From: Vicugna vicugna
Taxonomy: Eukaryota
DNA length: 64,000 nt
Reading direction: 5' to 3'
Assembly: GCA_013265495.1 (NCBI GenBank)
Contig: MU058844.1
Location: 2,831,520-2,895,519, forward strand
How positions within the stretch are numbered: the stretch's first letter is position 1; every line of letters starts with the position of its first letter. The notes under the pieces were generated by a model, which was not told the origin of the DNA, did no database searches, and saw nothing but the letters and a program-made list of their open reading frames with translations. Shown piece after piece: positions 38,346 to 51,674 of the stretch. The translations under genes and the position numbers were made by a program.

Positions 38346-38599
38346 AGTTTATACCATCTGATGTGACCTCTGCTAGACACCATGGAGAAATAAAGAAATG
38401 AGAAGAGTAGAACCCTTACTTTCAAAAACTAAATAATAAACTGCAGAGCAAGACTAAAGCTATTTTTAAATGATCTCTGTTATCTTTGGTAAAATCAAGG
38501 AAAACAGAAAGTGTCATCATTATTTGGTCAGAAAAATGGGGGAACAGTTGTCTTCTACAATATTTCATCATTACTTGAATCTTAAAGATTCTATACATG

Positions 38600-39035
38600 C
38601 CCTCACTTCTATCCAAAGCTAACTCCTTCATTTAAGATGGAGAAAATAGGGAAAAGATGTAGGATCCCTTCAAGCTCCCTATGACACCTAAGATGTGGCC
38701 ACCTCAGATGTGGCTCCCAGCTTCTAGGGCTCAACACAATTGCTGTATCTCCAAGCATCACACCAACATCCCAAGGAAATAGGTAAATGAAGAGAATAAG
38801 AAAGAAATGCCATCTCTATTTTAAGGATACTTACCTGAGGTTCTATGCAACACTTCTTCTTTATCTCATTGGTCAGATCTAGTCACTCGATCACACTGAG
38901 ATGCAAAAAGGGTGAGGATATGTGTAATCCTTTAACCAGCCAACACTGTATCCAGCTAAGAATCAGGAATCCATTCATGTATGAAAAAGAAGGACATAAT
39001 GATATATTATGGCTCATTTATATTCGCTGCCATAA
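38600..39035 (-). mobile_element. Old MaLR LTR (MLT1-type)
   Basis: ACTTCTTCTTTATCTCATTGGTCAGATCTAGTCAC...CACACTGAGATGCAA...CCAGCTAAGAATCAGG. Confidence 0.6.
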
Positions 39036-39404
39036 CCTTTAATTCCTGCCCTCAATCTGTTTCACTTGCCCATAGCTTTTGTTCCTGATAGTTTTTCCTG
39101 CCTTTTTAAAACCATATCCTACCCTTGAATATTGTGATATTAAACTATGCTTACATTCCTTCCTTTCTGATTGCTTTTCTAACTTTTTTACTCTTCTCAA
39201 TTCCTCAGTTTCTTCTTACCTCTAAGTATAATTGTCCAAGGGCTCTGTCTTTTCCTCTTTGCATCTGCTTTTATCCACTCTCACCATTTTAACTACCAAC
39301 ACTATTTTCTAGCTCTCTCTCTCCCAACTTCCAGGAACATATTTTAAACCACTTGCTGATAATTTTAAATTTACTATCCTACCAGTTAAAAACTCAACAT
39401 CACA

Positions 39405-39555
39405 GGGAAGGGTATAGCTCAAGTGGTAGAGCACATTAGCATGCATGAGGTCCTGGGTTCAATCCACAGTACCTCCTCTAAAAATAAATAAATAAGCCTA
39501 ATTACCCCCCCAACAAAAATGTTTTTTAAAAAATACTTAAAAAAAAAACAACCCA
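39405..39555 (+). mobile_element. tRNA-Ala-derived SINE of camelid type (Vic-1-like)
   Basis: GGGAAGGGTATAGCTCAAGTGGTAGAGC (A box), GGTTCAATCC (B box), then AGTACCTCC and an A-rich tail; flanked by direct repeat AAAAACTCAAC (39388-39398 and 39556-39566). Confidence 0.88.
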
Positions 39556-39689
39556 AAAAACTCAACCTCTCCAAAACATCTAGTAAAGTCTAAGAAAACA
39601 GTTCAAAGAAATTTCATCAGGTAAGGTCATTCATTACACACATTCATTATACCCTGAAATTCTTTATAGGGCTTTCAACAATTGTAAAG

Positions 39690-39872
39690 CTTTTACTTGT
39701 TTTAGTTGTACGGTGATTTGTTTGATGTTTGTGCTTCCTACTAGCATACTAGGTTTTGAGGACAAGAAAGATATCTATCTTATCATTGCACTGTATCTCC
39801 AGTGACTCACAGAGTATCTGTCACATAGTAGTCACTCAGAATAACAAATAGACAAGCAAATGAATGAATAAA
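39690..39872 (+). mobile_element. L2 3' end
   Basis: CACTGTATCTCCAGTGACTCACAGAGTATCTGTCACATAGTAGTCACTCAG...AATGAATGAAT. Confidence 0.75.
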
Positions 39873-42129
39873 AATATCATTTAGTTTACAAAGTCCTCAT
39901 GAGGTGACATTACCTTGGTCCTCAGTGATTTTTTAAACAGACTAAGAATAGGTTTGTGCTCCCAGGTGGAATCAACTCCTGCATTCACCGTATCCATAAC
40001 ACCAAATAATTTTCAGAGACAGGTATAAACACCATAGTATATGGAAGAGTTGTGTTCATCCAGTCAAGGGCTAGGAGACCTACATGAGAAGCCAAATGAT
40101 ATTCAGAAAGTTGCTTGATGACCACAGAATAGAACAAGGGGGCACAGTCAGATGATTCAATACATAGTGTATTCAGGCCCACATATGCTAACATATCCAT
40201 CTTCATAAGAAGGATAATTTTGATGATGGAACCCTAATACTTGAAATATATTGACTTATACTTCTTCTGCCTTGCAAAGCCCTTAAGAGTAAGAAATTTT
40301 GAGTCTGAAAAAAAAAGAGATATTATAATCTACCTTTGAGGACTGTTATAAGGTTTAATAAAATAATTATCTAAAATATTTAGCACAATTTCTCACACTG
40401 AGTAAGCACTCAATAATTGGAAGTTATCAGTACCCCCCTCTAGGCTTCCATGGGTGATGAATCTCTTTTTAAATTAATCTGTTTCTTTAGAAATATAAAG
40501 TTAAATCTCAGTCCAATTGGTTACAGAATCCATTTTTTATATCTCTTTTCTGATACATTCTGTGTTGATTTAATAGTTTAACTTTCAGAGGCTCTTGTTA
40601 TCTATAACTCAGATACCTCAAAGCCTCATCAACCTATTATACAAAAAAGTCATATTAATAATAATAATTTATATTTCCTAGTTCCTGTCCCCATCCATTA
40701 ATGGTAGAGCTCCATCTCCAAAGAGAGCTCCCCTCTACCCACCCAAATACTTCCGAGAATCCCCAGGGTCAGTCTCACATGGGCTGATCAGTATTTCTGC
40801 TGTGATGAAGATTCCCCCTCTTTTTCTCTTTCCTGTTCCTATTTGTCTTTATTTATGGTCTTAGCTTGGCCTCTTTCTATCAATAATCAACGTAGCCCCA
40901 GCAGCATGACAGAGGGGAAAACCATGTTTCCTCAATTTCTCTTTTCCAAGTGCATTTTCATCAGCATCTTCCTCTTCAGCCAAAACCCCAGAAAGCTCAC
41001 ATGCTTATCAACACGTACCCAAGAACTTTCAGTGGGCAGAGAATAGGGTCTCTGGCCCTTTAATCCCAATCCCTGCTTAGATTCAGTCAGGACATTCTGT
41101 TGAATTATTTATATTATTTTTAAGTTTTGGGTTCCGTGACAATGTAGTTCCTATCTACCTGTAATTTCTTCTAACATAACTTCTCATTCCATGGTCTATA
41201 TTTCTAGTAATGGTACCAGGCTCAAAAATCTCAGAGTAGTCTCATGTCCTCTCTTTTGTTTCTCCCAATCAATTCCAGTTACTGCAGATTTTACCTCCAT
41301 AATCTCTCTTGTTTTTATTCCCTTCTTTCTCAGTTTCATAGCTGCCAGCCAAGGTGGGCCATTAATTCCTCTTGCCTGGATTGCTGGCAAGTCCTCCTAA
41401 TTTGTCTCTTTGCCTCTCCCCTTACCTTCTATCTACACAACAGTTTTCTGATCTACACAGTTTGACCACTAGACTAAATTTTACAGCTCTAAAAGCCGTT
41501 GAGTCTATGAAAACCACGTTGAACTGTCCAGATATTTACCTACAATTTATATCACTACAATGTTTCCTTCCATTTTATATAAATTTCATGCACTAGGTCA
41601 GTTTTTTTCCAGTTCAGGTTGACAACAAATTGTTAGAAGCCAAGCTATACTCCTTTTTGAAAACCAAAAGTTAATGTCCTAGATTTCAAATGTAGAATTT
41701 ACAAAGATGTACACCACTCAAAAGAGCTGCTATAGGACTGTTCTGATCTTAAATAGAAGAAAGTTAAGCCTGAGAAATAGTTGGACTTATCCATAGCCAA
41801 TTATGGGCAGCTGTCATAGTGTAGAAGCAAAAGTAATATTCATGGCGTACTTCCCCAAACTGTAAGCCCCATGAGAGCCTTGTATCCTCAGTGCCTAGAC
41901 ATAGGATCTGATACATAGTTTACACGAGATAATTTATTGAATAGATAAATGAATGGATATCTTTCCAAAGTACAGTTTCAATACTTGATAATATTTATAA
42001 ATGGAAAGCTTCTTGAGAGCAGAGGCAGTATCCTACTTATCTTTCTATACCCAGTAGGACTCTGTGCAGTACTTTGCACAGATGAAACATTCAAAGGATT
42101 GATAGTCTTGATGTTTTTTTAATTTGTAG

Positions 42130-42240
42130 GTGAATTCATGTATATCATCAAAGGAAGTAATCCTTGCAGCATGGAAATACACAAGAGAATCTGGAAATGG
42201 AAGAAGAAGAAGCCATAGAAGAACCTGGAAAGCCTTTAAG
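42130..42240 (+). other. Candidate spliced exon (111 nt), product unknown
   Basis: Acceptor TTTTTTAATTTGTAG|G and donor AAG|GTAAGG; GAA-rich interior. Confidence 0.45.
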
Positions 42241-42667
42241 GTAAGGACCTCTCAATAAATTCCTTTACAGCCTGGCCAGAAAATTTTAAATGCATAAGGT
42301 CACTCAGGGAGAAGAAAACAATCCCTTTCCAAAGGAATTCCTGTTAAGAAGGGGAATAATAACAACTTCCAAGCTTTGTCCATACCATCTTCAAACTTTT
42401 CACTGCTCCATTGTTAAACTTTGGAACAAAGGAAAGTAGGTCTTCCTTCTTTCAAAGAGAATAAGATTATTGGTGAAAAGATATTTGCCAAGGCTAGAGT
42501 CAGATGACAATGTACTCACTTGCTGATTGCCTTGAGGAAGTTCATACACATTTCAGAGCTCAAATCTCATATCTCTCAAATGGGATGATAATACCAGCCC
42601 TGTCTTACAAAAGTCATTGTTCAGTGAATAAAAGAAGATTATGTCTGTTAAAGTGCCTTTTAAAACA

Positions 42668-42707
42668 TGAAATGGTTAAAGAAGAAGTGGCATACACACA
42701 CATACTG

Positions 42708-42750
<43 letters not shown>

Positions 42751-43185
42751 GGAATATTACTTGGCCATAAAAATGAAAATTTGCCACTTGGGACAACATA
42801 GATAAATCTGGAGGATATTATGCCTAGTGAAATAAGTCAGAGAAACACAAATATGATATGTTTTAACTTATATGTATAGTCTATAAAATAAAGAAAATGA
42901 ATGAATATAACAAAATAAAAATAGACTTAGAACTACAGAAAACAAACTGGCGGTTACCAGTGGGGAAAGGAAAGAGGGGAGGGGCAAGATAGGTTGACTA
43001 AGATTAAGAGGTACAAACTACTCAGTATAATAAATAAGTTACAAGGATATAATGTACAGTACAGGAAATATAGCCAATATTATATAACTTTTTATGGAGT
43101 AAAATCTATAAAAATGTTGAATCACTGGGTTATACACCTGCAACATGTAATATTGTGCATCAACTATACTTCAATTGAAAACGAA
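42668..43185 (+). mobile_element. L1MA-type 3' end containing a (TG)18 microsatellite at 42711-42746
   Basis: AATGGAATATTAC...AGTGAAATAAGTCAG...GATTAAGAGGTACAAACTA...ATGTACAGTACAGGAAATATAGCCAATAT...CAACTATACTTCAATT. Confidence 0.88.
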
Positions 43186-44181
43186 AACATGAAATCAGAT
43201 ACATATTATGTATTATTATTGCTGCTGCTGCTTTAGTTATTGTTTTATATTTGGGGGACTCTGATTTGAATTATGAGGATACTGGAATATCAATAATCAG
43301 CTGAATATGTATCCCTAAGGTGTGGCTTCTCAATATGGTTACAAAGAATGGTATAATAATGAAATTCCCTGAACAAATATTCAATTTGGGACACATTACA
43401 TCCACATAATTCCAGGTGCAACTTCAAAATCATCTCAAGGGAGCAGAGGTAATTAAAACTATTTTAAGGAAGCAAAAAAATATATTTTTACAAAAGACCA
43501 TTGATATTGCACAGAAGGAAAAAAATGGGAAGAGAAATGACTTGCACATCTAGGATACTGGATATTCCCAATTATATTAAATAGAAAAACATTCCAACCT
43601 TACACTCCTTTGATTATCCAGAATAAAATAATATGGCACTCTGATTTTATTATTTAAAAAAACTCAACCCCCATACTCTAAATCTAATCTCCTAGTTCAT
43701 CTGCTTTCTTTAATCTGCCATTCTTTATCTCCACTGGTGTTTTCCCTCTGTCCTTTTATGTTTGATGATTTTACTATTTCACAGATAGCAAGGTTTTATT
43801 GTTTTCTGTTTCTTGCTTAAAGTTTTTTTTCTTCTTTATGCTGCCTTATCTTTGTACCAGTATTTCCATTTTCTCTTATTATCTGCCTTTTATTTTTTTT
43901 AATTTCCACTGCCTTTGATCTGCTCTCTACTTCTCTCCATCTCATTTATAGACCGTTCTGGTATGTCTGCCTTCTATTGATGTTTCCTCCGTTGTTTTCC
44001 CTCATTTCTCTCTTTCCTAATCTTACCCGTCTGTCTTATTTATTATTATTGCTTTAAACATGGGTGAGTGGCCTTAAAATATTGCAGGAACAATTTGTTA
44101 CTAGGCTAGTGAGGGGGAAAAAAGCCACAGCAGACATTTATTCTAATGAGTATGTTTCTGTGAGTGTGAGGGGCAGATGGT

Positions 44182-44204
44182 TGACTCAGATCACTAGGTG
44201 GCAG
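44182..44204 (+). promoter_or_regulatory. AP-1 site plus CTCF-like motif
   Basis: TGACTCA at 44182-44188; TCACTAGGTGGCAG at 44191-44204 differs from CCASYAGRKGGCRS at one position. Confidence 0.45.
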
Positions 44205-44724
44205 TAGTCAAGATCTGATTCTAATCACATGCCTCTGCCCCTCCCCTTTCTTCCTTAATGTTTATGTCCTATATATGGGTTTTCATTCAGACATTTGTTT
44301 GGTTCTCTGCAGCATCAACTTTTGAAATCTAGGACATGTCACACCCAGCTCTCAAAAATAACATAACTTAACGCTTAAGAGTTTATGACTGCTGATTTGA
44401 GCCTGAACTGGGGATGAAATGGTTTGGTTGATTGGCCTTATTTGCATGGGGGAAAAAAAGTAAATTTGAAGGACTTAATATATAAATGTGATAGTGCATA
44501 AAATTCCAAATACCAATCCAAATATACAGTTTGTGAAGTACAATGTATTATGATATTTCATACAAATACACCTTTCAAGCTCTCCAAATTTTGGTTGTTA
44601 GATAATTTGAATAATCCATTTTGTGTTCTATTGAATATGTAATCCACACCTGCTATTTTTTGCCTACCTGTACCTTTTCCTTTTGCAACCTGCTCTATTT
44701 AATAGCTAAGAGATGTTAGATACA

Positions 44725-44885
44725 TTATGAAACTACTCTGTGCCTTATTTTTCTCAATCTGTAACATGGGAATGTTAATGATACACACGTCATGGAGTTG
44801 CTGAAGAGTTTAAATGAGTTAATATGTTTAAAACATTTAGAACAGTAGCTGGCCTATAGTAATTTTTTAATGATACCTATTATTT
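44725..44885 (+). mobile_element. MIR SINE
   Basis: CTCTGTGCCTTATTTTTCTCAATCTGTAACATGGG...TAAATGAGTTAATATG...AACATTTAGAACAGT. Confidence 0.8.
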
Positions 44886-47800
44886 GTTCAGGATTTCCTT
44901 AGATCATCTATTATCTTTAAGCATTGGATTGAGGGATGGAGATTGAATGAGAACTGTTCCCCTGTAACTTATGAATAAAGATGCAAATAGGTAATCAGAT
45001 GATTACAATGCAGTATGGGAAATGTGATGGGGAGGAAGAGCACAGAATTCTATAGAAAGAAGAGGATCAAGTGATTCAGTGTTGGTATAGGAAGGAGAGG
45101 GCAATCCTCCCAGATAAAGTTGTGTGTCGGTTGAAACCCAAGAATGAGGTTTGCCTGGATGAATTGGTGGGGAGAGAAGGTTGAGAAAAATGTTTCTGGG
45201 AGAAGAATGAGCGTATGCTCTTCCTACAGGTGTGTCTAAGAAGGTAACTAACACTCGCTTTACTCAAAATTTAGGCCACTTTTTCCTAGTGCTCCCGTGA
45301 ATAATTCATTCTGTTTCTCTGTAAAGCAGAGGCAAAGGAGTCATTAGATAGCCTGGCCTACTGAAGTGTGACTGTGAAATAATGAAACACATTTTTAAAC
45401 AAAATGTGGCATGAATCTTTCCTCAGATAATATGCTGATCTCCTCCCTATAAAATGCTACCAAATTTGAATAAGGAATGCATTCATGAATTTTATTTTCC
45501 AGAAGTGATGACGGGTTTATACTGAGTCATCGATTACTCTGTCCTTTGGGCCAATTGTGTGAATTTGCAAATCCGCTTGATATGGGGTAGGAGAAGGGCA
45601 CATTCTGGAGCTGGGCACAAAATGAAGCCATTGAACATAAGAGCAATAAAAGTGTGGATTATGATTATTATTATGTTTTTAATAATCAATTGACCTTAGG
45701 TTTTACTCACTGAAATGAGATCCCCAAGAATGGGAGTTGGTGGGAATGAGTTCCCTATAACTTCTAGTCCTGCAAAGATGTAGTCTTGATTTCCCTAATG
45801 GAAAAAACAAATAGTTCCTATAGTATGTAAAACCTGAGCTGACCTTGCCCTTTTTAAAAAGCAAACAGCAGAAATACAGAATGACAGAAATGAATTTAAC
45901 CATCCAGAATTTGAGTCAGAAAATCACCTACATATCCTTGCAGGAAACATATATCTGCAAGGCACAGAGTTGTGGACACTATGTGTGATGAAATATGTAA
46001 GAAAAATCCCATGGGTCTGTGCATGGATGCAAAGTGATTGAACTGAGCACTTACTATAATTGCTTTCTACCATTTAGTCAAGTAGTGATTAAACTGGCAG
46101 CCATGCTGTGTGGGTGGGAAAAGGGTCAAGTGTATTCCTAGCCCTGGGTATGTCCTTCCAGTCTTCAACTCTTACCTACGTCTCCCTTTGCATATTAAAC
46201 TATCAGACTTCAAGATGCGAAAATTCCTCTCTCTGTCTCACCCTCAGGATGTAGATAGAGGTATTAAAGATAGTCAGGAACCCCAAGTAACTCTTTCTTC
46301 ATCTAGGCAGTGAAGGGCTTCAGGTAATTGTGAGTGGTTTGAGATGAATTTGAGAGTAATACTCCCCTGGGCCCTTCGTACCAGCAGATATATGGCTCCC
46401 GTAAAACACTTCACATTCTGAAGGTTAGCTATTGGCAATCACTTAAGAGTTTTCCATATAAAAAATGTATCAACCAAGGGTCCCAACCTTTAGGACACAC
46501 TCTTCTTTCAGTGATCTTAATCCAGTAATTACTCCCACATGTCCTCTTCTTCCTCCTATTTGAATTGTGGAAAACTTTTTCACCTCTCCTGAGCAATTAT
46601 TGCCACCTTGTTTTTCAAGAATTTTCTGAAACAGAGAGTGAGTAGCTAGTAATGCTACTCTTTTTTTTTTTTTTAAGATTTCCTGATCATACAATGTGAA
46701 GTCATGCAGTTACAAGACTCTGGTGCAGTTAGCACAGATGTCTTCTCTCATCTCATAAACCTGATCATAGTATCTGTACTTCAAAAAGAAACTTAACAAC
46801 TTTCACTATTCCCTTATGATTGTTTTTCTTTTTTGCTTCTGATTTGTTGCAATACCACACACTTTTGCTATTATATCTTATTAAGCTCACAGAGCGTTAT
46901 GGATTCCACAGTGCCCATGTGCAGCACACATATAATGTATACACAAAATAGTAAATGCATTACTGTTTAATTACATCCATACTATTACAGATAAATCCAT
47001 TCAACTATTCATTGTCTTCTCCCCATGTGGGTTACTGACCTTGAGGTGCATGGGTATGGCTCATTTTTCTATAGGGTTCCACTCAGCTTGCCTTTTAACT
47101 TTTTTTTTCTTTTTCTCCAGATTGAATTTTTAGCCTCTGTCCCCCATTATTCTACCTTCCTTGGCTAACTGGGTAGCTTCATCAGTGATCTCTCTTCTTC
47201 TTTTTCATCCTCCAGTCCAGTCCCTTAGTATCTAAAAACATTTGGGCATTTTCCCATTCATTGCAACTCAGCACCAAAGCCTCTGAAAACTTGTCCACTT
47301 TGGAAAGGCATCACAGGAAACTCCAAACCAGTAGAGTACATTAAAGGAAAGATTTTAAATATATATTGAATAAGAACATTATGATGTAACTGAAACATTT
47401 CTAAAACATCAGATATTGGATTTGGGATGTGGTCATTCAAAGATAAATGGCTGAGGGTGATGTGGCAATGTGCATTTACCATGTGTTTGTATATGATGCT
47501 GTATGTATGTATGTATATGTATGCAGATGGGCTAACCCATCTGCACCTAATATGTTGGAGAAGATTTTCCAGTAGTGGACAATCCACTGTCTACAGCTTA
47601 TTCCTCTGCCTGGGAAAATCAGTGTCTCTTCTCAAGCAATCTGCTGCCCTTATACTAGAAGTTCCACTCCAAAGGAGGTTTGAACTTAGATGTTTGACCT
47701 TTTTGTACCACTCTGGGTTTTCAGAAATGGCACATTTTATCATCATGATTTTTACCTTGATCTCTTTCTTCACATTGTGTAAAAACATAAGGCTATTAGT

Positions 47801-49510
47801 ATGACTTGACTTGTTGAATAGCAAATATAGCATCTTACTAAACTGCAGTTTTTCCTAATCAGAATACAAACTTGCTCTGTAACATCTCTCAGAGACAAGA
47901 CAAAGACAGGAAAATGGCCACTGACTCCACTGGGCTCTGAAGGAAAGGTATCTTTGTAATTACTTAGAATTACACTATAGTTCCTTAATATGTTTACTAT
48001 TATCAGGTACATTATAATACTTGAATTTTTATCCCAGATCTTGAGTTAAAAATTGTCTTTAATCCCACACCAGCAGAGTCTGTTTCAAGCAGAAATGTGA
48101 GGACAAATAGAGTCTTCAAGTGGTCTCTGTATTTCCTGGTAGAAAAGATACGCAAGAACCATGCATCAAATGCAGAGACGGCTTCCAGGAAGTCGCTGTG
48201 TTGAGAGAAGACCTGCACTGGGCAGCTGTTCTGGGATTGAATTCCCAGAGTCATTCCGGTCATCTTCCTCTGTGCCCAGCCTCCTCCTCACCCTCTCAAT
48301 CAGCCTCAAGGATTCTAAAACCTGACCAAGCATTTCCAGTCACAACGAGCTCACCCTTTAGCAATGGGAGGAGAAACTAGCTTTTCTGGGCCCTCACCCT
48401 ATGGCATTTGCCTGGCAGCAGAGTTTCCAAGAATAACTTTTTTTCTGTGGTTTTCTCAATCCCCACTCCCTAGGGAAACCAGTTAGTATAAACTTTTTCA
48501 GTTCTAAGGTTCAAAGCATCAGCAAAATGTTTACCTTGAGTTTTAGCCAGCATCTTATTTCATCCAAATAAATTCCCAAATCTTAACTTCCCCAAACCAA
48601 AATGCCCACCAGTCAGATCAGAAAGTTTCTATTCCGTAGCATTAATGGGAATAGAAACAATTAAAAAGAGGCTAAGTGACCTCCAGAAAGAGTATTTGGT
48701 TGAGTGGCAGATAGGGCAAGTTAAAACAGAAAGCCAGTGTCTCAGCCTCAGATTAAAGTATTATTTTGAGTCACAATTGATGTTACTTGCTAGCGTAAGG
48801 GAGTTCTTTGAACACAGTTCTTTGACTAACAGAGAAATTTAAGAAGGAAACAGAGTATCTCTGAAAATTCATTTGTAATGAAAAATGAAAAGCAGGGCAG
48901 GGCACTAAGCAAAAAATTCACAGCATCATTCAGCCCCCAACATGTGAATAATCTTTTTGAGGAAATTGTTTTCGCCACTTGAGTCAAAATTAGAATTACA
49001 AATGGAACGCTGATGAATGTCTCCATAAACTTGAAGTGCCCATATGTCATATATCTTTTAGTTCCTGACTAACCAGCCTGAGCTTTCACCTGTCTCATTG
49101 GCAGGACGAGCACTAGAGAAAAGCCCAGTACAGCGGGAAGGAGCAGACTCGGGGCCACATCGGTCCCATGTCCTCCTCACTTATTTGTGTGACGTGGAAA
49201 AACAGGAAGAGAAGGTAGTCTTCCCAAGACCACACAACTACAGTCAAGAGGGGACGGTCATGCTTCCATATCTGAGCAGTCAGAGCAAGGGGCCTGATTG
49301 ATTTAACTTCTGTTCCACCTTTTTGTTGTTGTTTTGGCACGCAGTACAGTTCTGGACAAGTAGCCTCACCAACAGGACAGACAAGGCTGTTGACAAGTGG
49401 CTCTATCAGTCTGACAGATAAGGCAGCCCTCCACAGATCCAGGTCCCCAAACGGGTCACGGTGCATAGAATGACTCCCCCCCTCCAAGGCTGAGCCTTTG
49501 ATAGGAACGG

Positions 49511-49890
49511 TGTATTAACTTCCCATAGCCCCTGTAACAAATTACCACAAACTTGATGACTTAAAACAACAGAACCTTATTTTCTCGCTGTTCTGAAGTC
49601 TGAAATCAGTTTTCATTGAACCAAAGTCACGGGGTCTGTCAGCTGGACCATGCTTTCTCCAGAAGCTTTAAGGGAGAATCCATTCCTCACTTTTTCCAGC
49701 TTCCGGTCACTGCCAGCACTCTGGCTCGTGACCGCTTCTCTCCAATATCTATTTCTGGGATCATATCGCTTGTGTCTCTTCTCTGTGTGTGTGTGTGTGT
49801 GCGCGCGCGTGCGCACGCAATTTCCCTCCGGATCCCACCTAGAAGAATACATGTTGATTGTGGCATTTATGCCCACCTGGATGATGCAGG
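49511..49890 (-). mobile_element. MaLR LTR (MLT1B/C/D-like) with internal (TG)n(CG)n tract
   Basis: TGTATTAACTTCCCATAGCCCCTGTAACAAATTACCACAAACTTGATGACTTAAAACAACAGAA...GGGAGAATCCATTCCTCACTTTTTCCAGCTTC. Confidence 0.88.
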
Positions 49891-50379
49891 ATCAACACAG
49901 AAAAGGTGTAAAGTCATTATTCACTTTCTCAATGATAGAACTGCCTGCCTGTCCTACTAATTGTAGACACAATATTTATATCCCAGGGAAAATCTACATC
50001 TCCCTGCACTTTCATCCTGGGAAAATGAGAAGATTTTTCCAGTGCCTCAAAAATTATTAGTCCATCCAAAGACATCCAAGGTGATTCTCTTAATTTTTCT
50101 CTCACTAAAGGGAAGCAAGTAAAAAACAACTTTGTCCGTGCAATGCCAAAATGAATAAATAACTAAGTTCCAATCTGTGCTGTGAGGTGGTGTGAAAATC
50201 AGAGAGCAGACTTAAGGAGATGGCTCTTTCTTTCATTCTGATACATTTTAAGGTAATTTCCCTCTTGTTCCCCATTGCAATCTATAAAAAAGTTTAAAAA
50301 AAAAGTAAAAGTTTAGTCCTCTACCTCTGTGGTCAATATTCTCTTTCTTCTAGGCTTGTCCATTCAGTTATATTATGGT

Positions 50380-50605
50380 TGGCATGCATGGTTGTTAAGG
50401 AGAGGACCCAGAAGGCTGGTTTCAGGGCCCTACTCAGCATTTTCCTAGTCACAGACGAGTTATTAAATCTCCTCTCCATACTTGTTTCTGATATGTAAAA
50501 TAAAAGCATCTGCTTGTTGTCTGTTATGAAGATTAAGTAAATTAATAGTGTTTTGAATGGTGTCTGACACATACTAAGCACACAATAGACATTAGCTACC
50601 ACCAT
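50380..50605 (+). mobile_element. MIR SINE
   Basis: GCATGGTTGTTAAG...GTTATGAAGATTAAGTAA...GTGTCTGACACATACTAAGCACACAATAGACATTAGCT. Confidence 0.7.
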
Positions 50606-50778
50606 CTTCTTGCCCTTCCTTGTCCTTTCCCTGTAGAGACCTCCCATTCATTCATGCCCCCTTGTTCACAGAAGGCTTTGGCACTTGGTTCTCAGATTGC
50701 CTTTCTACTTCAAAGGCTGGAGCCCTGACAGGTGACTTTGGCATCCTCAATGGAGGCTCATTTCCAAGCTCTTAATCT

Positions 50779-50965
50779 TCAGGGTGTATTTACCTTAAAA
50801 CTAATAAAGCTGAAGCTTCAGGGTCATCCCTCATTTGCATATGCCCTGTCCAAGGCCTTAGGAGCTACCTTGTCATTTGTGTTTCTAATTTGTATTCTAT
50901 TTTTCAGAGAAGGTCCTCTCCCAATGGTGCAGGCTCCAGACGCCAAGAGACCTGAATCCATCCCT
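50779..50965. mobile_element. hAT (Tip100-group-like) MITE
   Basis: CAGGGTGTATTTACC...AAGCTGAAGCTTCAGGG...CCAAGGCC...CCTGAATCCATCCCT with degenerate CAGGG/CCCT ends. Confidence 0.6.
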
Positions 50966-51674
50966 CCTTCTTTCTAGTGATCTTTCTGCACTTCAGCCAC
51001 ATTCTCCAGTGGCCACTAGTAGCCTAGCCTATGCCTGCACTGAAATCACCTTACCCTGACTACAATACTCTAGTTCTTCCAGCTTTCTCTCTAGAGTTCC
51101 TAAAAGATCAGTTTTTTGACTCCCGTAATCACTTTAATCTCCATAAATTAATAGTCAACTTTTCTTAGAAGTTGCAGAAATTATGTAATTCTGTATTTTT
51201 TACTCCACAGATAATTTAAAAACTCAATTATTATCATATGTCATACACCCTAAAATATTTCAATCATGATAAATGAGTCCTTATATTAAGGAAACTGGGA
51301 AACCTTGCTCTGAAGTTACCGGTTAAATCAAGATACAAACCAAGCACTCATTTTGGCCTGTAGATCAACTTCCAATGTCTCTATTTATATATCAGAAATT
51401 TTCCTTGCTGATATATTGGTGTTCAAGTGCTTCTATATCCACAAAAAATCACGTGATGTCACCTATTACTAAAAGCTTTGCCTCAGAAAGGCAAGAAGAT
51501 AACTTGTATTTTTATCTATGTTCTTGCCTTAGGCCCAAACCTAATAATTCAGAATCTTAACCCTCAAAACAATAAATTCAGATGTTAATGAGGGAAATCA
51601 AAGGTGACTGATGTTTAATGAGCATCAATGATTTGTCTGTGTTTCTTTGACTGGTCTAGAGTAACGTAATAATG

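Noticed and set aside
39405..39480. tRNA-Ala gene
   Set aside because: Degenerate anticodon arm, and an A-rich tail with TSD instead of a T-run terminator; it is a SINE.
49613..50060. Overlapping 87-136 aa ORFs
   Set aside because: They run through an MLT1 LTR and a TG/CG microsatellite.
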